Shown here one piece after another: positions 24,946 through 32,178 of a stretch of 53,008 nucleotides of DNA (position 1 is the first letter of the stretch; each line of letters begins with the position of its first letter). The stretch spans positions 1 through 53,008 of the IMG/VR virus record IMGVR_UViG_3300025151_000047. One strand, 5' to 3'. The notes under the pieces were generated by a model that saw nothing but the letters and a program-made list of their open reading frames with translations, was not told where the DNA came from and made no database searches. Made by a program: the position numbers and the translations under genes. Origin of the DNA: a virus (Duplodnaviria > Caudoviricetes).

Positions 24946-26636
24946 TGATTAAATTTCCTTAAAAGCCTGTTTTTAAAATAACTAGGTTTGTTCATTTTAA
25001 GGTGTTCTCCGTTAACCTGTACATTACCGATGCATCTATCAAATCCAATACTCTGTATTCTTCTAGCATCGTTTTCCCAGTTTTGAATAATGTTTTCATT
25101 TCTTAACTGCTCTGCTTCTGCTACCTTATCGTCTACGTTAACTCCCAAGGAATCTTCCCAATAAGCTACGCTAGAAGCAAGAACATCTATGCGGTCATCG
25201 TGTTTAAGAGATCCTTTAACTTCTGTAATTCTAGTAATTTGACGTTGTGTCTTTTCCTGTCTGATAACCTTGGGATCAACAACTAGTCTATGGGATGACA
25301 TAGCTGGCTCCAGTGTACCGATAATTCTTTTACTCTTATTACCCGTAACTCTGAACTCCTCAATACCCGCTTCACATCCCATGCGTTTCATTACGGGAAG
25401 AAGAATTTGTCCAAACATAGCATCGCCAAAGTTAGACTCAAACCTAATTAAAGATACTTCTGTTTCCATAGCCATCGTAACGATCTTCTCAAGCGTCTGC
25501 TCAGAGTAGCCACCCTGTAGGCCATCCAACTCAAGAATAAAGACATAGCCATTAAGATACCCGGAGACACATATAGCAGTTTCATCTGCTCCGCGACCAC
25601 TAGGGTCAATGTGCATAACTTTATGTACATAATCCTCATAATTTTGTGAAACCCACATAGGCTCATACAGGACATCTCCACTCAATCCAAAAGAAGGTAA
25701 TTTTTTATTAACGTGTTTAGATGCCCAAACAATCTTTTCAGGGGCTACTGTATAATCACAATCAAGTACAATCAAATCAGCCAACCTAAGGGGATACCTG
25801 TCAGCGTCAGCCAGTGAGGTATCTAGGTGGTAATGCAACGAGAACAGTTTAGGACCAACTTTGGCCTTACGCTCCATGAGAAGATCCAGATCGAATCTCT
25901 CAGGCTGGGTAGACTCTCCGGGCTGGAGATCTAGTTCTAATATATAATCAGCACAGTCAGCAATCTGACCGGGGCTATCAGGATCCGGCATCAGAGCCGG
26001 GAACTTGTGGATCGGATACCCGTCAGCCATCTTACGGTAGATCGACTCAGAGGTCTGAGGCGTACCCAGAATGCGTACACCACCCTCTCCGGGGTTACGG
26101 ATCTGCTCGATCTCCCAGACCTTCGTGAGAAGCCGCTCACGGCTCTCTGCGGTCTCCGAATTCTTTTCGATCTCAACATCGTCCAAGATCACCCAATCGG
26201 CGTGAGACCCCGTTATCTGCCCTGTAACGCCCCGTGCGAAGCAGCTTAAATCCTGCCCGTGAGCAGTCCTGTTTTCGACGTTAAATCCGAAGGCATTATC
26301 CTTGGTATTTGGGCCGGGTTCCATGTGCTGACAGTACGGCACAAGGGACAGAATACGGCGTGTCATGGAGATGAACTCTGTAGACTTATTGGCCGTAGCT
26401 GACATGACCATCACCGTAGTATTAGGATCCTTCAGGAGCAGCCACGATGCGAAGCAAGCCGTTAGGACAGACTTACCGGCACCTCGACCGGCCTGAAGCT
26501 GGAAGCCGTCAGGGCCGTTCTGGAGCTTCTCAGCCATAGCGTATTGTAGTGGAGTAGGCTCCCCCAAGCCTAGATACTTGAAACAGGCCCACAAATGATT
26601 CCTGAAGTCATCAAGCATTTCTTGGGGTATATTCAT
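24942..26636 (-). CDS. terL: Terminase large subunit (T7 gp19-like)
   Basis: QAGRGAGKS Walker A, VILDDVE Walker B, LGTPQ, IDPSGRGADET nuclease motif, HDDRIDVL. Confidence 0.95.
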   Translation of the reverse strand: MNIPQEMLDDFRNHLWACFKYLGLGEPTPLQYAMAEKLQNGPDGFQLQAGRGAGKSVLTACFASWLLLKDPNTTVMVMSATANKSTEFISMTRRILSLVPYCQHMEPGPNTKDNAFGFNVENRTAHGQDLSCFARGVTGQITGSHADWVILDDVEIEKNSETAESRERLLTKVWEIEQIRNPGEGGVRILGTPQTSESIYRKMADGYPIHKFPALMPDPDSPGQIADCADYILELDLQPGESTQPERFDLDLLMERKAKVGPKLFSLHYHLDTSLADADRYPLRLADLIVLDCDYTVAPEKIVWASKHVNKKLPSFGLSGDVLYEPMWVSQNYEDYVHKVMHIDPSGRGADETAICVSGYLNGYVFILELDGLQGGYSEQTLEKIVTMAMETEVSLIRFESNFGDAMFGQILLPVMKRMGCEAGIEEFRVTGNKSKRIIGTLEPAMSSHRLVVDPKVIRQEKTQRQITRITEVKGSLKHDDRIDVLASSVAYWEDSLGVNVDDKVAEAEQLRNENIIQNWENDARRIQSIGFDRCIGNVQVNGEHLKMNKPSYFKNRLLRKFNQ

Positions 26637-26854
26637 TTCTTCTTTTTACCTTTCTTCCATGAGATACGCGCTGGTCCCTTTTTAGTCTTGGCTTTAGAGT
26701 TACACTGAGCTTTGGTAGGACGGCAAGCTGGGTAGGGACGTTTAGACTTACCCTTAGCAGACTTACGCCCACAGGGTTTACCAGTCTTACAATCAATCCA
26801 CCCTTTACCCTTGTTTCTACCGAACCATTTTCTAAGTCCTTCTTTTTTAGCCAT
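26633..26854 (-). CDS. Small Lys-rich Cys-containing protein (73 aa)
   Basis: Coupled on both sides; LRKWF..W.D.KTGKPCGR..YPACRP pattern familiar from aquatic phages. Confidence 0.75.
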   Translation of the reverse strand: MAKKEGLRKWFGRNKGKGWIDCKTGKPCGRKSAKGKSKRPYPACRPTKAQCNSKAKTKKGPARISWKKGKKKK

Positions 26855-27018
26855 TACTTCTTCTTCCCTTTTTTCTTGCCTCCTGTACCCCAGTTCTTAG
26901 CACCGACCTTTCGGCATTTAACCAGCGCACCAGACGCATAGGCAGAAGGCCACTTAGAGTAGCGGCTCTTCACTTTACTATAACACGCATCACGTTTAGC
27001 TTTCTTTTTCTTAGCCAT
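26854..27018 (-). CDS. Small Lys-rich protein absent from the track (54 aa, MAKKKKAKRDACYSKVKSRYSKWPSAYASGALVKCRKVGAKNWG...)
   Basis: TAATG coupling at both ends; WPSAYASG motif. Confidence 0.75.
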   Translation of the reverse strand: MAKKKKAKRDACYSKVKSRYSKWPSAYASGALVKCRKVGAKNWGTGGKKKGKKK

Positions 27019-27284
27019 TAGCACTTCCACCTTCGCCTTGCTTTTCGTAAACGGCTGTTAGGATCTTTAGCAGCCTTAGGAAACTTTTTCATCTGACCAG
27101 CAGATCGAGCACAGTAGCTCTTTTTACGAGAACCGCCGCCCGGCTGAGGAGCCTTAAGCTTAGAGCCAGTCTTACGGTTAATCATTCGACGGCCCTTTGC
27201 AGTAAGACCACCTTTTTTGCTTTTACACCCGTTGCTGATATTACAGCCGGACATAGCTCCCTTTTTACTTCGTTTTTTTGCCAT
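27018..27284 (-). CDS. Small basic protein (DUF6321-like)
   Basis: AAGGAG RBS; RKKSYCARS...KDPNSRLRKARRRWKC. Confidence 0.75.
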   Translation of the reverse strand: MAKKRSKKGAMSGCNISNGCKSKKGGLTAKGRRMINRKTGSKLKAPQPGGGSRKKSYCARSAGQMKKFPKAAKDPNSRLRKARRRWKC

Positions 27285-27378
27285 AGGACTTCTCCTTACG
27301 TGGTGCTAATAGTTTCTTAACGTCTTTGCCGGTACTTCGAGTGGTAGTACCACATGCACATTTAAATTTACTTTTCAT
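27265..27378 (-). CDS. 37-aa basic peptide absent from the track (MKSKFKCACGTTTRSTGKDVKK...)
   Basis: ATGA coupling with the upstream ORF; fills the gap. Confidence 0.5.
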   Translation of the reverse strand: MKSKFKCACGTTTRSTGKDVKKLLAPRKEKSYGKKTK

Positions 27379-27629
27379 TTACGACCCCTGTTTCTGGCTC
27401 GATTGCGAGAAGCCTTTTCTTTAACCATCCGCCCCGACTTGGTGTGGGACATATCTTTACCGTCACCGTTGCCGTAAGTACCTGCCTTACGGTTAGCAGC
27501 GTTTAACTTTGATCGATACTTCTTGCGGGCAGGCGTACTATGATAAGCTGTATCGTACTTCTTTTTCTTAGCTTTAGACTGTGGATTTCTATCATAATAA
27601 TATTTAGAATTCTTTTTACCTGCTGGCAT
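27375..27629 (-). CDS. Basic protein with minimal HNH-like motif
   Basis: TAAGGAG RBS; GDGKDMSH...SRNRARN. Confidence 0.6.
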   Translation of the reverse strand: MPAGKKNSKYYYDRNPQSKAKKKKYDTAYHSTPARKKYRSKLNAANRKAGTYGNGDGKDMSHTKSGRMVKEKASRNRARNRGRK

Positions 27630-27645
27630 AGTATCTCCTTAAATG

Positions 27646-27673
27646 CCCACCTTGGATTTTACCCCAAGGTGGG
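27646..27673. promoter_or_regulatory. Perfect 10-bp hairpin downstream of terminase small subunit
   Basis: CCCACCTTGG-ATTTTACC-CCAAGGTGGG; only a weak U tract. Confidence 0.55.
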
Positions 27674-27721
27674 TCTGACTGGCCCTGAAGGTAAGTTCAA
27701 CAGAACCAAGGTAGCGAACAA

Positions 27722-27922
27722 TTAAGTTCCAAACTTAAACGGTGGGTCTAAGTTCATCTTATCAACAGTAGATTCGATACCTTCCATGTCAATTTCGTCT
27801 TTATGATCCACGATAACACGACACACGACCTGATACAGACCGGGGGTACATTTATTAGGATCATCTAAATCAGATAAAAGTTGATATACAAGTTTATCTT
27901 TTAATCGTGAAATATTACTCAT
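27722..27922 (-). CDS. Putative terminase small subunit (T7 gp18-like)
   Basis: Size, L..L...L...LL..L helical pattern, C-terminal PF, upstream of terL. Confidence 0.55.
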   Translation of the reverse strand: MSNISRLKDKLVYQLLSDLDDPNKCTPGLYQVVCRVIVDHKDEIDMEGIESTVDKMNLDPPFKFGT

Positions 27923-27930
27923 TTTGCTCC

Positions 27931-28383
27931 TTAGACGGATGCGACAAACACTTCTAAGTCAACATCAGCAGTATCAGCCTGAGCGTTGAACGTATCAATC
28001 TCAGAGAATGCCGAGAAGGCTGCTCCGCTGGTGTTAGCCTCAAGATCGTCGTTATACATACAGAACGTCTGTCCTGCTTCTAACTTGACGTAGGCAGTAT
28101 CACCACTAGTATCTAACATACCAAGGGTAACAAAGTTAGTGTTATCTTTATTTGTAATACGAATATATCGAATATTAGATTTAATAAAAGCTCCGGCTCC
28201 CGCAGTAGTACCCAGAGTTAAAAGGGTTCTAGCAGCGGCGGTATCGATAGTAACAATCCTATGACTAATTTCATTAATCGAAGCAATTGTTAACGTGTTA
28301 GTAACACCTCGGTCAACTCCATTAAGAGTGACAGCTTCGGTGTGAGTCACAGTAAGTGTGGCTGGTGTAATTGTAGATGACAT
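27931..28383 (-). CDS. Beta-rich putative virion protein (150 aa)
   Basis: Thr/Ala-rich; YIRITNKD.TNFV.L pattern; GGAGG RBS. Confidence 0.65.
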   Translation of the reverse strand: MSSTITPATLTVTHTEAVTLNGVDRGVTNTLTIASINEISHRIVTIDTAAARTLLTLGTTAGAGAFIKSNIRYIRITNKDNTNFVTLGMLDTSGDTAYVKLEAGQTFCMYNDDLEANTSGAAFSAFSEIDTFNAQADTADVDLEVFVASV

Positions 28384-28601
28384 TATCGACCACCTCCGCG
28401 ACCGCCGCCGACACCCTTAGCCACTCTAGTGCGACTAACAGCGTTTCTTCTAGTTTTACCTTTAGTCTTACGACCACCGGGTCCAGCTTTTACATCACTA
28501 GAGGGCATACCCCTTCGTCCACCCCTTTTAGCAGCGCGTTTAACGCCGCCCTTAACTGCTGCCTTAGCAGCTTTCTTTTTCTTTTCATCTTTAGTAGCCA
28601 T
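28383..28601 (-). CDS. Histone-tail-like Lys/Arg/Gly-rich protein (72 aa)
   Basis: GGAGG RBS, TAATG coupling; ends VSRTRVAKGVGGGRGGGR. Confidence 0.65.
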   Translation of the reverse strand: MATKDEKKKKAAKAAVKGGVKRAAKRGGRRGMPSSDVKAGPGGRKTKGKTRRNAVSRTRVAKGVGGGRGGGR

Positions 28602-28756
28602 TATCTACCTCCACCAATGGATTTTGTAACTCTAGTGCGAGTAACGCCTGTCTTGCGCTTTTTCTTTTTATGTTTCTTTCCTCCGGGTCCGGGTTTCTTT
28701 TCACTCGGAGGTGTAACAGATTTCTTTTTCCGTTTGTCATCGTATCTTTTAGCCAT
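28601..28756 (-). CDS. Lys-rich protein (51 aa, start reassigned to MAKRYDD)
   Basis: AAGGA RBS; ends VTRTRVTKSIGGGR. Confidence 0.65.
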   Translation of the reverse strand: MAKRYDDKRKKKSVTPPSEKKPGPGGKKHKKKKRKTGVTRTRVTKSIGGGR

Positions 28757-29867
28757 ATCTATTTGGTCCTTGTTTAATAGGTGATCCATGAGGTTTATCG
28801 GATTTATATTCATGATCAGCAGGAAGATCATCTAAAGTGTCGTACTTCCAAGCAATTCCGCCCTCAATTTTTTCAATTTCAGATAAAAACGAGTTGTCAT
28901 TTGTAGATGATTTTAACCAATAAAACTCATACATAGCTCCAGTCCAAGGATTAACATAATTTGAACCAGTTTCTCTACACATTAAACTAACTTGAGTTTT
29001 ATCTGTCGTACCATCAATTTCAATATCTTCTAATGTACCAGTAGAACCGTCGTTTTCTCCGTTTATGCGAACAAAAACATTACCTGAACTATCTTCGGTG
29101 CCTATAATAATAGTATAATAACTATCGTTAGCTAATGTAGTACTAGTAGCGATATTGTTATTAGTACCTCCTGATCTTGTTCTAATTCTTAAACTTCCTG
29201 CACTAGTAACCCAAACCTCAAACTCACCATTTTGACCGGATTCACTAAAACACATTAAATGGTTAGTACTGGAAAAAGATGCCGGGGTTTTAACAAAAAA
29301 TACAACCGCAAAATTTTTTTCAGAAACATCTACATTTAGATTAGTACCGACTGCTGCGTAGTTTGTAATAAGGGAATTACTACCGCTATTTACAGCACTA
29401 CTAAAATACTTTTTTGTACTATCAATAGTTAATGTAGGCTCAGTACCAGACTCAGCCGTAAACTCATAGTTGTTATCAGTCCAGTCTCCCCAGCTTGCTA
29501 CTTTATCAGAACCGTCAGAAGGACGCTGCATAGACTCGGCAATCAAAGCTACCTTACAATCAGCAATCTTACATTGAGTAGGAGAGAAAACACCACCCCT
29601 ATTAAAAAACCATTCTCTATCCCACGGCTGGGGAATAATCCAGTTAACTGTAGAAGCTTCAAGGGTTCCTTCTCTTAAAGAAAGCACGTACTCCTCAGTC
29701 CCCCTACCGAGAATGGTATCTCTGTTCTGACGAATAGAACATTTCTTCTCGTTTTCGTTTTCAATACCTCTGTTCTCAGCGTTTATAGGGCCGTCGATAG
29801 TAAGTGTTTTAATACCGTCTGTTCCATAACTACCGGGAGTATGAGGCTTTCTTCCAGAAGTCGCCAT
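28749..29867 (-). CDS. LamG/concanavalin A-like jelly-roll protein
   Basis: VASWGDW, FAVVFFVK, VFVRING, WTGAMYE and terminal EKIEGGIAWKY...LPADHEYKS patterns. Confidence 0.7.
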   Translation of the reverse strand: MATSGRKPHTPGSYGTDGIKTLTIDGPINAENRGIENENEKKCSIRQNRDTILGRGTEEYVLSLREGTLEASTVNWIIPQPWDREWFFNRGGVFSPTQCKIADCKVALIAESMQRPSDGSDKVASWGDWTDNNYEFTAESGTEPTLTIDSTKKYFSSAVNSGSNSLITNYAAVGTNLNVDVSEKNFAVVFFVKTPASFSSTNHLMCFSESGQNGEFEVWVTSAGSLRIRTRSGGTNNNIATSTTLANDSYYTIIIGTEDSSGNVFVRINGENDGSTGTLEDIEIDGTTDKTQVSLMCRETGSNYVNPWTGAMYEFYWLKSSTNDNSFLSEIEKIEGGIAWKYDTLDDLPADHEYKSDKPHGSPIKQGPNRYG

Positions 29868-29875
29868 TTAACACC

Positions 29876-29983
29876 TCACTTTTTCTTTTTAGTCTTTTTC
29901 TTTTTCTTCTTACTGTCTTTTTTCATACCAGCAGGCATTGCTTGTTTTGCAACCTTGTATTTTTTACCGTACATTCCGGGCAT
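29876..29983 (-). CDS. 35-aa poly-Lys peptide absent from the track (MPGMYGKKYKVAKQAMPAGMKKDSKKKKKKTKKKK)
   Basis: GGAGG RBS; fills the gap. Confidence 0.6.
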   Translation of the reverse strand: MPGMYGKKYKVAKQAMPAGMKKDSKKKKKKTKKKK

Positions 29984-29985
29984 AA

Positions 29986-30177
29986 TTAACCTCCAATAGT
30001 TCCATCAGCATTAGTGTTAAGTGCTTCAGTCATTTCCTCGAATTTAGCGGTCTGTCCATCACGGACAGCCTTAACTGCTCCAATTGAGCCAGCACCCATA
30101 ATGGTGCCTAAAATCATATACTCAGCGGTTTGCATACCGCGTTCATCTTTTAAAAAATTCTTAATTTTATTAAGCAT
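29986..30177 (-). CDS. flp: Flp/Fap-type (Tad) prepilin-like protein
   Basis: Leader ending FLKDERG, then E+5/Y+6 (MQTAEY), hydrophobic helix, 63 aa; GAGG RBS. Confidence 0.8.
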   Translation of the reverse strand: MLNKIKNFLKDERGMQTAEYMILGTIMGAGSIGAVKAVRDGQTAKFEEMTEALNTNADGTIGG

Positions 30178-30349
30178 CTTTTCCTCTTTCGATTTCTCTA
30201 ATTCTAGCTTCGTGATCTTCCGTTCGACGAAATATAGTCTTTAACTGTTCCGTCAAACTAGCAAGTTGAACATTCATTTTCCATAACATTCCTATAATAC
30301 CAGAACCAATTAACAGTTCTACAATAGGAATAACATCCATGACAGGCAT
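30170..30349 (-). CDS. 59-aa TM plus coiled-coil protein absent from the track (MPVMDVIPIVELLIGSGIIGMLWK...HEARIREIE)
   Basis: AAGGAG RBS; same architecture as 5376..5579. Confidence 0.65.
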   Translation of the reverse strand: MPVMDVIPIVELLIGSGIIGMLWKMNVQLASLTEQLKTIFRRTEDHEARIREIERGKDA

Positions 30350-30351
30350 AA

Positions 30352-30762
30352 TTATCTCCTTGAACTGACAGCGGACTGCCCAAAATAAAAACCAATAATA
30401 GCAATCAGGGCTGTACGCAACTCAGTAACAAGAAGGAATCCTTTTACTTCATGAAACTGTTCCGTAAATAATCCAAAGATACCACCAAACTCGCCTTCGA
30501 CCCACGTAGGGATACCAAAGAAGGAGAGAATAAAGGGCGCACCAACCATTGCGAATAAAACAGTAATAACAATGAATCGCCGTACCCACGTACCGCCTGC
30601 ACCGCCCCGTGCCTCCGCACGGTCAGCAGAGTCATCAGCAGCAGCTTGGGTCTTAATAGCCAACTCAGCGAGAGCCGACTGTCGTTCTACCATAGAACCG
30701 ATTAATTTAAAGATAAAACCGGAGAGACCTCCGCCGATAAGGGACAGCAATTCAATGGGCAT
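30352..30762 (-). CDS. Putative holin (three hydrophobic segments)
   Basis: GGAGG RBS; WVRR before TM2 and IIGFYFG at the C-terminus, as in 3TM holin-like proteins. Confidence 0.65.
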   Translation of the reverse strand: MPIELLSLIGGGLSGFIFKLIGSMVERQSALAELAIKTQAAADDSADRAEARGGAGGTWVRRFIVITVLFAMVGAPFILSFFGIPTWVEGEFGGIFGLFTEQFHEVKGFLLVTELRTALIAIIGFYFGQSAVSSRR

Positions 30763-30765
30763 GGC

Positions 30766-30855
30766 TTAACCCTCCCAAACGGTCTTAGCAAAGACTTTCA
30801 GTGCTTCCCAAAACCCTTTAAAGAAATTGATAAAGGTTCTGTAAATAGCTTTCAT
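30766..30855 (-). CDS. 29-aa amphipathic peptide absent from the track (MKAIYRTFINFFKGFWEALKVFAKTVWEG)
   Basis: GAGG RBS; fills the gap exactly. Confidence 0.55.
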   Translation of the reverse strand: MKAIYRTFINFFKGFWEALKVFAKTVWEG

Positions 30856-30862
30856 GATAGCC

Positions 30863-31111
30863 TCATTTCTTTTTCTTTAAGTACGCAAAATAAATCGTTG
30901 CGTCTTTTCTAGCCAAAGCCTCAGTAGTTACAGTAGTCGCAAAACTTGCGGGTGAAGCAATGTTATTAAATGACGCAAGAGTCGTAGCGTCTTGACTAAT
31001 GTTTAAAGCTTTCGATAACAAGCTAGGTCCAGATACTGCCGCAGCGAAATTAGCAGCAGTATACGTTTGATAAATCATTCCAAGGGGGTTACCCGTAACA
31101 TTTAATGCCAT
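30863..31111 (-). CDS. Hypothetical protein with poly-Lys tail (82 aa)
   Basis: GAGG RBS; similar to termini of 31121..31918. Confidence 0.7.
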   Translation of the reverse strand: MALNVTGNPLGMIYQTYTAANFAAAVSGPSLLSKALNISQDATTLASFNNIASPASFATTVTTEALARKDATIYFAYLKKKK

Positions 31112-31120
31112 GACAGCACC

Positions 31121-31918
31121 TCATTTCTTTTTCTTTTTGTATGCGTAAGAAGCAATTGCCATAACTCTGGCTTTTGTTTGTTGAGTGGGGCTTGCGGGTG
31201 GAACTGAAGCATCAGGAGTATCCAACTCAGTATCGTTATTAATATTAGTAAGGGCAGATTTAGTCAAACCGGCTGCATTAACTATTCGTCCCAGTTTAAT
31301 TAACTTATCTTCATAAGTATCAAGGGGTCCGTTTAAAGTTCCTGCGGTAAAACCAATTGATCCAAAACCCGATTCGGGACCGCTCAGACCGACAAACGGA
31401 AACATGGATGCTGTAGAAGACGAGGCAGGCCCTAATGCGTTCCAATTATAGTAAAAGATAATAGTATTATCTTCTTGTCTATCTCCTGTTTCAACACTAA
31501 ATATTGTTGACGCAGGTGAAGTAACTCCTTCCCAAGAAATACGACCATTAAAACTAGAAAAAGCTGTATTTAAATTAGTAGTTAAATTTTCCATAGTTTC
31601 TGAAGCACCACTAAAGGTTACAGCAATGCCTTTAACAATGGAATTTCTACTGTCCCCTACAGTTTCTCCAACTTCGACAACATCTCCTGAACTTCCTGTA
31701 TACGGGTTACTTCCGCCCGTCATACAAAAAATATAATTCTCAGTATCGTAAGATTTAGTTTCAAAATTGTATTTTGTTAAACTAAGATAATCACCTCTAT
31801 CGTCAGCAGCAATTGTTCCTGTGTTTAAAACAAAAGCATAACTATTCTCTTGATTGTAACCATAACGAAAGGTACGAGAACTCAACAAACCGGGTCCAAT
31901 ATTAGTATTTAAAGCCAT
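31121..31918 (-). CDS. Putative virion protein with poly-Lys tail (265 aa)
   Basis: GAGG RBS; Ser/Thr/Gly-rich. Confidence 0.7.
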   Translation of the reverse strand: MALNTNIGPGLLSSRTFRYGYNQENSYAFVLNTGTIAADDRGDYLSLTKYNFETKSYDTENYIFCMTGGSNPYTGSSGDVVEVGETVGDSRNSIVKGIAVTFSGASETMENLTTNLNTAFSSFNGRISWEGVTSPASTIFSVETGDRQEDNTIIFYYNWNALGPASSSTASMFPFVGLSGPESGFGSIGFTAGTLNGPLDTYEDKLIKLGRIVNAAGLTKSALTNINNDTELDTPDASVPPASPTQQTKARVMAIASYAYKKKKK

Positions 31919-31919
31919 G

Positions 31920-32168
31920 TTATTCCTCTTTCTTTTTATAGCCCATCATTTTGTTGAGAGCTTCTCTTCGTTTTTGGCAGGCACCGCATGGTTTTACCTT
32001 ACCGCCAGTTGCTTTACTAATAACATTTTTAACCGTATCTCCAAGACCCCTAGAAGGACCACTATAGTCCTTACACTCCATGCAGTTTTCTTCGGTGGGC
32101 TTACCATCAAACTTATTGATCGTACAGATACGCTGGCCTGATAAAATACCTAAATGAACACAAGACAT
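31920..32168 (-). CDS. Small Cys-rich protein (possible assembly chaperone or metal-binding protein)
   Basis: CxxC pairs; SRGLGDTV...KPCGACQKRREALN; AAGGAG RBS. Confidence 0.7.
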   Translation of the reverse strand: MSCVHLGILSGQRICTINKFDGKPTEENCMECKDYSGPSRGLGDTVKNVISKATGGKVKPCGACQKRREALNKMMGYKKKEE

Positions 32169-32178
32169 AATATTCTCC

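Noticed and set aside
26611-26796. 61-aa alternative-frame ORF over the terL start
   Set aside because: The overlapping 73-aa ORF is coupled on both sides and has a recognisable motif
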